Assembly: GCA_002633005.1 (NCBI GenBank)
Contig: NMRA01000162.1
Coordinates: forward strand, 712,516 to 776,515
Direction: 5' to 3'
DNA from: Phoronis australis
Taxonomy: Eukaryota; Animalia; Phoronida
DNA: 64,000 nucleotides
Under the pieces are notes generated by a model that was given only the letters and a program-made list of their open reading frames with translations, was not told the origin of the DNA and did no database searches. Positions 1 through 11,390 of this stretch are shown here, in pieces; positions within the stretch are counted from its first letter, which is position 1; the number at the start of each line of letters is the position of its first letter. Made by a program: the position numbers and the translations under genes.

Positions 1-14
1 GACGATAATGAAAT

Positions 15-340
15 GGTAGACGAGTACACTCTGTGAGGATCAACATTTGTAACGTTGGTAAGTTTTTGATTAGATTTGGTGGCGTGTTTTTTTCTGATCT
101 CGGGGTGCACACTCACTGAATCGTCTCTCTTAGTTGAAATAAAAAAGTAAAAGCCGGCCGAGCTCACAGCCAGACTAGTTGGTCATGCAGGTGCAGTAGA
201 GGTGGTATAGACTGGGTCGAATGGGTTGTTATTCGGGGGTTAAGTGAGTCGTGAGACGCGTGGGTTATGAGTAGAGGTTGGCCTGGGTCGAGGGAGTCCA
301 GGGGAGTGGGGGTCAAGAGGGACACAGTTACGTGAAAAAC
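15..340. repeat. Dispersed repeat/MITE fragment, same family as 47400-48240
   Basis: 15-122 matches the reverse complement of ~47640-47745 (aacatttgtaacgttggta...gatttggt); GGGTCGA-rich tract like 48150-48230. Confidence 0.55.
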
Positions 341-2141
341 TTAAAGATTTCAAAAGGTAATTATAACCGTTTATAAAATCATCACGCTCGTCCCTGACAT
401 TCAGTAATCAACGCAAAGTACTCAAAGTAAACCAGTAAGATATTTACTTTGTGGCGCTTTACAATGAGTGTAATGTTGGCTGTAACTATCCACAAGCCAG
501 TCCATCCTATTACACACTTGTGAAGGTTGGGCGACGATAACAAATTTGTAATTTTCTTGTCTATTGAGATCCACGTCAAACGCTTTCAATTCCCAACCGC
601 TTTTTGTATCTGAAAGGCAAGAAACTTCAACCGAGTGTTAGGCTATCTTTGTAAGAAACATATTCCGAATGATAATTCTAAAATCGCTTGTTGAGAAAGC
701 AAATGGATTGGGGCATTGACTTCGTCGTTTAAACGATCATATTCTACTACTGCAAGCATTCCTGTAATCAATGACACACTCAGCATCTACTTATTAGAAC
801 GCTAACACTAGGCTTGGATGCTGACTAGGAGACCGCGGGACAAAAACAAATCGGTTGGGACAGCATGGACACACGCCCCTTGATGGTAACATTTTGAGAG
901 CTGCTGAGCAAGTCAGCTATGTTTCTTGCATTATAATACACCTCACCAATCTCATCATAATTCTCCTGAATGTCCGGAGGATAGGAAGGCAGAAGAGAGA
1001 AGACACGAAAACAATAAATACGCAACTTAGGTGGCAATTGTTGGTCAAGTCTATACTAAACTTGGCAGATGTCGTTGCCTACAGAACAGCTAATCATTTG
1101 CAAGAACAAAAATTAGGTTTCCAGTAGGTGAATATGCATCAGTCTATTTCATTACAGCGTCCTGTTGTTCAGTAACTTTTCCAGACGTGAGGGGTGCTGA
1201 ACGTGCGATAATATCTGACTTAACTTAACTTTCATTTATATCAGTCCACCCCAGTGAGGCTAGATACCCTGTACGATCTGACAGGAGATTAGAGCAATTA
1301 TCAAACAAAAGAACGCAGGCCCATGTGTATCAAATCCCACGCCAGATTTGTCCTCTCGGGTGAGGATCTGTAAATTAACCTCAGAAGTTTTCAATATCAT
1401 CGCACCTTTTCAAATTCACCAAAAGCCTTCCTAAATATACAAAAACCAGGTTAAAAAACGGCTATGATAAAGATTTGGCAGACAGTGAGTCTTGCGTCAA
1501 TAGCCAGGCTCTAAAAAGTAAAAATGGTCATAGCGTGGTACCGAATACGTCAGATTCGTCCAAAAAAGAAGGCAGTGTCCACAACTTAAAGATGCATGAG
1601 TGTTAAATTTTATGAAAATCAGCTTGGGATCTCAGTAGAGAGAAAATGTAAAATATAAAACTGCGACTAAAAGGCTGGGTGATCATCGGACCTGTCCAAA
1701 AGCGTTCGTCAACCGTCGTCAAGATATGTAAGAATGAACTGACCAAATTGAACAGAATTGAAGCACCACAACAGACTACCTGTACCAACACTAAAAGCTC
1801 GTCGGGCTGCCACCCGTAAACCAGATGTCACGAAGAATAATGGACGTACACACTGTAGCTTATCCCAATGGTATCTGCATTCTTAGTGTGGGATGAGTTG
1901 TGACCTTTAACCAAGGCATCTGGCACCGATAATTGTTTTAGTCCGTAAAATTGTTCGACCAACCACACTGTTGTTACATTATTTGACTTGAATTCAGCAT
2001 TTTGTTTCTACTTCGTATGTATTTGTTATTAAAAAAAATGTTGACAATTATGATTGAAACATTTGAGGGAGAGTAACTTTTTACGTATGTAGGATTCTAG
2101 GAAAATTGCCCAATTTGTCCGAATTAGGTACATGTACATCA

Positions 2142-2658
2142 TACAGCACACATCACGAATTTTTGTCCGACCTTGGTATTCTGATTTTTATGCAATTTTA
2201 CTGTAAAAATTCAAATTTCTTGCTTGTTTTTATGTATATTGTACTGTATAAAAAGTCTCTCATCTAAAATTAGAAATTATGCTTCCGCGACACCACTTCA
2301 CGTTTGTTTTTACCACGCCGTCATCAATTCAACATAAAGTTTTAGGTTGGTGTAATTCCACGCACTTCGTATTTGTAGATTGATTCGATTTTACCTTCTT
2401 TCAGTAGTTGAACATAAGTTGATAAACCGATTTCAAGACCGGAGTTTACACTGGTGAACGAACAGCGAATAGTTAAATGTTTTTTTGGCCAAAGTTCACC
2501 CGCTAAGTCATAAAACGGTAATTGCCGACCAAGGACAAGCTTAATCCGAATTGGTCGTCTACGCTAGGCGACGACTTTGCCAACGCAAGTGCCAACCGCA
2601 GAGGCGAATCAGCAGACGGCTCCTAGCTGACCGTTCTTGGTAGGCTGCTGGTCGCTAA
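2142..2658 (+). mobile_element. Non-autonomous TIR DNA transposon copy A (left TIR kept, right end lost)
   Basis: 2177-2658 aligns with 52201-52682; left end tacagcacacatcacgaatttttgtccgacc is the inverse of 52724-52754. Confidence 0.75.
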
Positions 2659-2675
2659 AGATAGGATATACACGG

Positions 2676-2681
2676 ACAACT

Positions 2682-2736
<55 letters not shown>
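2676..2736. repeat. (CAA)n microsatellite
   Basis: About 19 CAA units, directly visible. Confidence 0.98.
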
Positions 2737-2841
2737 AATTGATTCAATTTCTAATACTACTAACCAGAATTACGGTAACCAAGTTAATAATAACTTTGAA
2801 TTTAAAAACATGACGATCGCCGCACAATTGAAGAAGTTCTT

Positions 2842-2888
2842 GATAAAACAAGGCTTCGTCTATTCGTTAGAAATCATCAGGATAATTA
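2842..2888 (-). ncRNA. Minimal type I hammerhead ribozyme motif, degenerate (GAAA to GAAG)
   Basis: Minus strand reads ttatc-CTGATGA-tttcta-acgaa-tagac-GAAG-ccttg, inside the pLTR. Confidence 0.6.
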
Positions 2889-2969
2889 CATAGGAAAACA
2901 AGAGCCGACATACGTCTCAGGTGACATCCATGAAGTGAAGTGAGATGCAGAGTAGTCAGTAGCTGGTCA

Positions 2970-4255
2970 TCACCATAGTTGCAGGGTAATTGAGCTCTGC
3001 ATGTTGTTCAGAGAATGAGTAGCATGCTGGTTTTGAATGGCCAGCGACATTTTCATGTACAGTAATTCCTTATTAGTTCCACTGCAGATAACACTAACTG
3101 AATTGGCTTGGTGATTGTTACTAACATAATGCCAATATATGTTGCTTTTCTCTGAGGTATCATGTTCTCTCAGCCTGTCACATAGGCGTTTCTGTGTGAG
3201 TCCGATATAGAATTCCTTACAGTTGCCACATTCAACCTTATAAACAACATTGCTCTTGTTCAATAAAGGGATGGGTGACTTCAGTTTACATAGCATACTG
3301 GAAAGTTTCCAAAGAGGTTTGAAAACAACGGCTGGGTCTATGCAATGAATAAGGCTTGATAATTGACGTTTCAATTTTATACTACTAGGCCCGGTGTAAC
3401 CAAGAGAAAAGAAAACTTTCTTTTTCTCGGGTCCAATAACATCTAACTTATCTGCCTCATTCATTTTTGAAAGGAAGTGACTTTTACAGCTATTCCAAAA
3501 ATTCAGAGGGTAACCATTGAGGGTCCTCTTGGAAAGCAGTGCTATCACTGAAGAAGCCACCTTAATTTTAAATATCACAATAATAACTAAATGAAATAAA
3601 TAAATTGGCACACAATAAATGGAAAATCCTAGCTACGTCACTATCAAAACTTAAATTGGTGGAACAAGTTCTTCAGGCACGGTGTAACAAGCAATTGACT
3701 AAACCTCTCTTGTATTGGATCGGTACAAAACTCTCAAATTCAAGTTAAAGCCCAGAAAAAGTAGGCTTACGATACACAGATATAACAACGGTGCTGTTCT
3801 GATGTTTAACCAAGACAAGAAAAGGTAAACACGACTCGTGTTCAGATTCTCTGGTGAAGTTGATGGACGGATGCATATTGCTCATGTGATTGAAAAAAGT
3901 GTTCACTGAGCTCTTGGAAGAAAATACAACAAAAGTATCGTCCACATACCTACGATAAAACTGTGGTTTTTCAATCCGGTGGACAACAAGCCAGAGCATC
4001 AGTCTCGAGATTGCACATGAAAATATTAGCTAACACTGGTCCGAGGGGTGAACCCATGGCCACTCCGTTAATCTGATCATAAAAGTTATCATCAAACAGA
4101 AAATGGTTATGTTTAACTTCGGTGACATGATGTTTGTAGCCTCTTCACTAATGTACCCGTGGATGAAGTCATTGAATTGTGTCTTAACAAGCTGTTTATT
4201 GATACTGATAAGGTCCATGAATTGAATCGTAACCAATTGCGTGAATTACTCACGA
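2970..4255 (-). pseudogene. Penelope-like RT plus GIY-YIG endonuclease, frameshifted
   Basis: FYDQINGVAMGSPLGPVLANIFM (~4015-4085), FYRRYVDDTF, SVYRKPTFSG, NVVYKVECGNCKEFYIGLTQKRLCDRLREH. Confidence 0.92.
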
Positions 4256-4338
4256 TCGCCAGCTACTGACTACTCTGTATCTCTCACTTCACTTCATGGA
4301 TGTCACCCGAGATGTATGTTGGCACATGTTGTCCTATG

Positions 4339-4380
4339 TTTTATCCTGATGATGTCTAACGAATAGACGAAATGTTGATT
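4339..4380 (+). ncRNA. Minimal type I hammerhead ribozyme motif
   Basis: ttttatc-CTGATGA-t-gtcta(acgaa)tagac-GAAA-tg-TT-gat: core boxes, perfect 5-bp stem II, reduced stem III typical of PLE hammerheads. Confidence 0.75.
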
Positions 4381-6899
4381 TATCATGAACTTCTTCATTT
4401 GTGAAGCGATCGTCCGGTTTTTAATCTTACTGTGGCCAAGAACTTATTTACTTTTGAATTTGCATCTGATTCGAAGCACTCCATATAATCATGGGAGGGT
4501 ATCCGGCCAACATCACCCCGAGGGTGTTAGCGTAGGATCATGCAGACAATTAGAAGAGGCTTTATGACACTCATCGGCAAAATTTCTTGCCTTTAATGGT
4601 GATGCCCCTTAACTATTTGTCCCACATTTATCCGATCGCGGGAACTGTGCAGCCAGTCTGCACCAATGGATCTCCAATTCTGCTGCTCGCATTGATTTGA
4701 TTTAACTCCAGTTTTCCTTTTCATTATTACATTGATTTTTCTCTGAATAGTTTTGGGACAGAATATTTTCCTCATGAGAAAAGTTTTAGTATTTTTTGTA
4801 AATCCCCTCACTGATTTTACCTCTGTGTACCATTTTTAATCACAATATCAAGGTTCCATTGAAGTACCTCATTACGTTGTTTATCGGTTTAGTTCAGATC
4901 GACACACTGAGGTGGCTTGGATACGATCATCCTAGTTTTTGCTCCCTGGCCTAAGAAGACCATGATTTTCAGATTTTTAAACCCAAGTTGGTGAAATGCA
5001 AGAAAGTTCTAAAATTGGACCGGGTTCAGGACGACCATGTTTAAAGGAGAATGGCGACCGATTTATTTTGTTTATTATTGTCATAATAGGTCTACATCCA
5101 CATCACCTGGTGCACGGTCGATCTCACCTCGCTATAAGGTGTCCTATTAACCTGGGAGGAAGGTGAGTACTGTGCACTACGCAACAGCATTCTAGAGCTG
5201 TTGGTGTGGCGTATCGCGACCGCTAGAGTGAAACCAAGAAGCTGCAACGGAAGCGTGTACACCTTGTTTTTTCGAAAACCTTAAATGCCTGGAAAGTGGT
5301 TTGCGGCAGCTGAGAATGAAAACCATGCCGTTAATACCAAATATGAAGCCTTGGAATATTTCCGTATCCTTGTTTTGTTTCAAAACGAGTTACAACCCTG
5401 GACTCCTAATCAATGCTTTATACAACAAAGTGTCTCGAAAAATAATATGTAATGGCTCACTGTTGGTGATTGGAATAGATTTGAGAAACCAAAAATGGAG
5501 AAATCTAGCTGTGTTATTGGCTTGAGGTGCAATAAATCTAATTAACCGTTACCCGAGGCCGTGTGAGCGGATCCCAATTCAGTATTTGGCAACAAAGAGC
5601 TGTTGTGAAACATTAAAGAAGCATGCCACCCAAAAAACAAAATAATTTGTATCAATTTAGATAGAGTACATGTAGTTCTATTCCATAGCAACACGTACGA
5701 ATGCGTTACCTGACACCTGACGGCAGCCGGAGGTGTTGAAATTATCCAATGAGGTCACACGCAGTCTGTTCAGCAGTTTACGACGCGGGTTACTGGTGTC
5801 AGCTTATCGCTTGAAGACATCGTTTAACACCAATAAATCATCAAACTTCGATGTAAGATCTTTAAAAATACACCGAGTTCTTATAAAAACGTGTTGTTTT
5901 ATTTCGCTCTTACGGATTTATTGGTATTTGGACACGACGTATCCTACAAAGTTCGACGGGCCAATAAGGTCCCGTAGCAGGAGTTTGGGGTCTGTTTGGA
6001 GATAATTTCGAAGTATTTTCCGTGAGATACCGACAGGAGAACCTAGACCTGTGTAGTTTAGACTGGTGATTTTTTGAGTTCTTAACGCCAAACACTTGTT
6101 ATCCTGGCCAGTGGCTCGGAGCCCGATCACGCCCGTCGCGGCCGGCCGGATTGACTCGTTATCCCGGCCAGTGGCTCGGAAAATGATTAGCCAAAGTTCA
6201 GTGGAAAATAAACTTCCAGTCAAAAAATACTATACTAGCGAGCCAAAGTAATGTGTATGTGATTATGTCAGCGAATTAGCCACTAAACTGCAAATCTACT
6301 TACTCGTCGGAGAACGCGAATTCAGGTTCCGCTTTGGCCACAGCACCGCCGGTCATGGCAGAAGTTGTACATTGACAATTATTATTTGAGTAAGGTAAAT
6401 GTAAATAAAGATTCCCCTAACACCAGACCGTGGGATGGAAATCAAGTTGTTTCACAGCAATTTCTGACAGCAAACACTCAATTAGCATGAGCTCACATGG
6501 CCTCGGTGTCCCGTCAATTAGTTTTATTGCAGCTAAAGCCGCGGTAACGCAATGAATTATTCATTGCTGGCTGCTCAAATCATTCGCACTCACGAACACT
6601 CCAAAGGCATTACAAATTGCAACTAATGTGACAGGCTTTGTTGCAGTTTGGTTAGGGTGAGAATAATTCATTTTGAAACAGAACGCTCAGTAACAAACGC
6701 CAATATGGCATCTCGCAATCCCCGGTCCGACTTGTGGACAAGCTAGAGCTCATCAGTCCCGACTTCTCAGGTGGATCGTTAAGTTTTACAGGCTATCTAT
6801 TCAAACAGGAATGCAGTGATGAAGAAATACCGCCGTGAACAAGCTCAGCCACTGAACGGAACGTATGGAGTTATTTGGTAAGCCGGCATTGAACAGGCA

Positions 6900-7090
6900 C
6901 TGTGGACGTCTGCAGGCCACAGACACGGAGATGTTTCACGGCCTCATAATAGCTATTTACAGCGTACATTTCATTCTTCACTACCATGAGCCACTTCCTG
7001 AGCATTTCGGACTCTCGAGGAAGTAAAAAAACGATATACCCGCTTTCCTCGCAGCTGCTTAGTTCGGACAAGTGAGAAAGATGCAACGCA
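6900..7090 (-). pseudogene. THAP zinc-finger remnant, probably transposon-derived
   Basis: VFLLPRESEMLRKWLMVVK...HLRVCGL resembles the THAP F-x-P...W...RVC-x-x-H pattern. Confidence 0.5.
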
Positions 7091-7164
7091 ACATAGAGGC
7101 ATTCACTCTGCATATGAACCACTGACGTCGCTAGCATCGTTTCTCACCTGATGAGGTGGTGTCT

Positions 7165-7352
7165 GAAACTGACTTTCTTTCATTTCTTCCCGAAATCCAC
7201 ATAAATCTTTGATCTAAAGGATGATTAAATGTGTATTTCCCCTTACTATGTATTAATATATATATATATATATATTTACTATTACTATTTATTCATATAT
7301 TTACACATTTAATCATTATGATGATTAAATGTGTATTTCCCCTTACTATGTA

Positions 7353-7392
<40 letters not shown>

Positions 7393-7486
7393 CTATTACT
7401 ATTTATTCATATATATACACATTTAATCGTCCTTTAGATCAAAGATTTAAGTGAATTGCGTTGAGAAATGAAAGAAAGTCAGTTTC
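7165..7486. repeat. Foldback: ~72 bp inverted arms around a ~100 bp tandem duplication containing (TA)n
   Basis: 7165-7236 is the inverse of 7415-7486; 7220-7318 is repeated at 7320-7428; a related inverted (TA)n unit lies at ~7600-7700. Confidence 0.85.
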
Positions 7487-7637
7487 CTCTTCATTGAAGG
7501 CTCAGAAGCAGGCGGCCAGACTTGTTCTACGAGTTCCTTTTGACATTCCGTCAAGTCATATGTTTAATAGACTGAGGTGGCTCCCTATTGACAAATATTT
7601 TATTAATATATAAATGATTAATAGTAAATGTATATAT

Positions 7638-7674
<37 letters not shown>

Positions 7675-9205
7675 CATTTACTATTACTATTTATTCATGT
7701 CAGATAGTAATGTTACATCATAATATATTTGTTGTTTAGTGTTTATTTATCCATTTACGTTGCTGTTCTTTATTTCTTAATCTTCATCGGTTATTATTTA
7801 TTTGGTATTACTAATATATTCACTATTACATACTTAATCATTTGTTTTGTTACAACACATTCCGCATCCTGATTGTCACCTGTCATAAGTCCTATTATAT
7901 TATATTATACGATAGTAACGATCATCCATAGAAACATATTTTAAGGTGCAGTAATTGGTGCATTGCGTTGCTTATGTTTAAAAATCATTGGCCAGCGCTG
8001 GTTATTTTGTCTGATGTAAGTGTATACGCAGTTTAGACTCAGTTTGGACACACCTGCAGCATTTTATGCATCAACATTTGTTTTCCTTTTCAGTCAATTA
8101 TTAGCCACTTGAAAGATTCTTGTGAAGTTGTGCAGTATTAAAATTTATGTCTCGGATATGCCTGCACCTTTTAATTTTTGACAAATTGTGGTGCTCTGCT
8201 ATTGCGTTTTCAACAAATTAGTTCTTGCTCAAAGCTATTTTCGAAATGGCGTGCAGTTTTTAACGAAATATGGCACATAGATATACATGTATGTCGTAGA
8301 TGCATCGCGTTTTCTGCAACTATAAATGCAGTTCGAGATAAACATCATTTCTATCGTGGTACGAGTTCAGTGCCTAATGAAATTTAATAGTATGGCTTGG
8401 TAACCTACTTCACAACTTCCCATATGATGTGTTGAAGGAAATGTTCATTTAAAGCCACATTGTGCTCTTCATCGGCAGGTACTGTACTTAAGTAGTATGT
8501 GCGCTCTTTGAAAACCCGTTACATTCAGTGTCGATTTCGCAAGTTAAGCGTTTTTGTTTTGACACGAGTTGTAAAACATGTTAAATGGAAGTAAGGAATC
8601 TCGTCGTAAAAGACATCTTGGCTGTTTAACATGACCACACACCAGGTTTGCTGGAGTGCTGGTAGGAATTCCACCCTTCAAAGATTTTCGACCCCTCTGC
8701 AGTTGCTCTCAATTTTATTCGCCACACCTCACCCCAGACGCTACCTATTCCAACTCCCATCCGACACGGAGCCAAGAGGATCCATTCTCCCTGTTCGAAT
8801 GTACAGTATAAAGTCGTAAAATGCGAGTTTTCGGAGAAAACATCTGGACGAATGTTCAGATGATGTAGGGGGGAGTTTTATGTCTATACCTTGCTGTAGG
8901 AAACATTTGGTGGTTGGCGTGGCTCAGTTAAGTTTTCCAGTTGAAGTTTGAAACGACGTATGTGTTGAAACTGTTAATAATTAATTGTTAATTGGTAGTT
9001 GTTAACACCTGGGCCCGGTTGCATAAAACTTGCTATCCGGCGTATAAGGCCTTATACGCAGGATAAGTCCTTATCCGGCGTATAACTTTTTATACGCCGG
9101 ATACGTTGGGTTGCATAAACATCGTATAGAGTTATCCGCCGTATAACTCACACTATCCGCCGTATAAAGTTACACGACCATCAGACCTCGGATAACTCAA
9201 TCAAA

Positions 9206-9835
9206 ATGAATGCACTGTATGGATTTAGACAAAGACAGAGGCAATTTGAAAGAGAAGTTACTGATCCCCTCAACAAGTACACGGATGAAGAGCTGAGAGG
9301 GAAGTTTCGCTTTGGGCGAGAAGCCATCCGTTTTATTTGTAGGCTAGTAGACGAAGATGTTAAGCCTGCCACAAGAAGAAAAATCTCAGTGTCAACCCTG
9401 ATTCAAGTGTCGGTGACACGTTCCACAGTCTGCACAAGTCAACTGTCAGTCGAATTGTGTCACGCGTCACATCCACAATTGTTCAACATTTAAACAGATT
9501 TGTAACATTCCCCACAACCCCACAGAGGTTCAACGAGATAAAGGCCCGGTTTCTACAGAATGGCTCGATTTCCCGGGGTAATAGGTTGTGTTGATGGAAC
9601 ACATGTCAAGATAATTGCACCAACTGAGAACGAGCCCGACTTCGTGAACAGGAAGAACGACCACAGTCTAAACGTCATGTTGATTTGCGTCATTTTACAT
9701 AACATAGAAAAATCTTTTAATAAGCCGGAAGAACAGGACGCACGCAACTTCAACCAGCCTGCGCCTCTGCACTATGCTGGCCCCGAGACAAACAGAGGCG
9801 TTCGTGATCATATCGCTCGTACGTTCTTCATTTGA
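9206..9835 (+). pseudogene. Harbinger (HARBI1-like) DDE transposase, internally deleted
   Basis: YTDEELRGKFRFGREAIRFIC; FPGVIGCVDGTHVKI...FVNRKNDHSLNV fused directly to the C-terminal CVILHN. Confidence 0.93.
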
Positions 9836-9852
9836 TTATAAAAAAATAAGTA

Positions 9853-10375
9853 GCGGGGTTTTCCGTAGATAAACGCACCCTATGTGGAACGCCCATGTGC
9901 GTTTATTTGGAAAATTATGCTGAATAGACGCCCATAGCCGTTTATTTGGTGTTGCAACTTCGTCAAGTGTCAAGGAAGTGGGGCGCTTATGTGAAAATTT
10001 TCCTTTTAAAAACTCACTTAGCGTCAACGTTTAGTCACAATTTTGTGGAGCATTTATCAATTATAAAAACTAACGAAGCGTTGCCGAACTAGGCATTTAT
10101 TAACAAGTAAAATTTTTAAAAACAGTTTTAAATGAAAAAATAAGCCACAAAACCTCATATTCTCGGCTACGTTTATTCAGTCCATGTCAATGTTTCACTT
10201 AAAAGAACATATCGCGCTTCAGTCTGATATTTTCGTAGTCAAAATTATGACTTTCCGTTTACACACACCTTTTTCCGAATGAACGCCCGGGCGTTCATTG
10301 GTGTTACTAACTAAATGCCTGAAAAATTAAAATTTCGGAATACAAGCCTAGGGACTTAGCTACGGAAAACCCCGG
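9853..10375. mobile_element. Tc1/mariner-type MITE nested in Harbinger copy 1
   Basis: TA|gcggggttttccgtagataa ... ttagctacggaaaaccccgg|TA. Confidence 0.8.
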
Positions 10376-10424
10376 TAGTAGTCAGATTTACCCGAGTGTG
10401 GGCATGATATTATGTTTTGGTTTA

Positions 10425-11390
10425 CCGTGTTTGCCCTAATAAGTACTCGGAGCACTTTCAAAAATTCGTTTCGGGATGCGGTGGGGGGAGGGGCGCTTAT
10501 TGTAGCCCAAGAAGCTTGAAATACAGTCTCCGAAACAGATGCAATCGGAAGCTAGGATTCATAAAGTTAACGCACTGCGACATATATGTTGCATATTACA
10601 GACTTGCCACAAAATGGTGGTCTATTGCTACCGAAGTTTCCTTGTTACATTGCTCTCCTTTTTCAGAAAAGTGTGGGGAAATCCCAGCCTACTCATGCAT
10701 CGCTGCCTCGCGATTGTCGATTAACAAAATTGAATTCTTGATAAAAATACAGTTTCGACTCAACAAATTACACGAAATCCTCCTTAAGTTTTCCAAATTG
10801 TCCCTAAAATTTTTAATTTCCTGTCGAATCGGGATTCACCGCAGATTAAGTCCAAATCTGCGCTAGATCTTACCCCGCATCATGAGAAAAATCTTGACGA
10901 ACACATATGGTGATGTCACGTGACTTTTGCTTTGATGCTTGGCTGCAGGTGTGTCAGTACCAAGTGAGCGAGGTTCACTAACGTTGATAAGTACACCGTG
11001 CCTGTTCTGAAAGGCCAGACCATAGTGGGACAAGTGCCTCGTGATATCTGCAAAAATTCTTGACTTCTTCCAGAAGCACTGCGGAAATTTCAAGTTTATA
11101 TTCAGGGCTAAATACCGACATAGCGGAGAAGCTCGTGGTCTATAAATTTGGGACAAAATGATTTTTTCAGGACTGTCGGATATTATTGATAAATTGAAGA
11201 AGTTACTGTAGTATTTTAGAAGGTGAGGTGATTTTCAAACGTATATGCGTTAATGGCTGGGCACTTATTTTCGTGTTTTCTGAAAATGCAGCTGGGGCGC
11301 TTATAGGGGCATGGGTGCTTATGGGGGCATGGGCGCTTATAGGGTCATGGACGCTTATAGGGGCATGGGCGCTCATTAGGACAAATACGG
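10425..11390. mobile_element. pogo-type non-autonomous element nested in Harbinger copy 1
   Basis: TA|ccgtgtttgccctaataag ... ctcattaggacaaatacgg; 17-bp subterminal tandem repeats ggggcatgggcgcttat at 11293-11375. Confidence 0.8.
10950..11145 (+). pseudogene. HIRAN-like domain remnant
   Basis: Translation across frameshifts: NVDKYTVPVLKGQTIVGQVPRDICKILDFFQKHCG...KYRHSGEARGL. Confidence 0.6.

Larger units (their letters stand above)
2803..4424 (-). mobile_element. 5'-truncated Penelope-like element with inverted pseudo-LTRs
   Basis: RT and GIY-YIG remnants flanked by ~165 bp inverted repeats (2803-2968 vs 4258-4424). Confidence 0.92.

Noticed and set aside
6098-6180. Two 22-bp direct repeats 60 bp apart, CRISPR-like spacing
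   Set aside because: Only two units, no cas genes, eukaryotic TE context
7143-7175. CTGATGA...GAAAC hammerhead-like boxes
   Set aside because: No convincing stem II or stem I pairing; GAAAC belongs to the foldback arm
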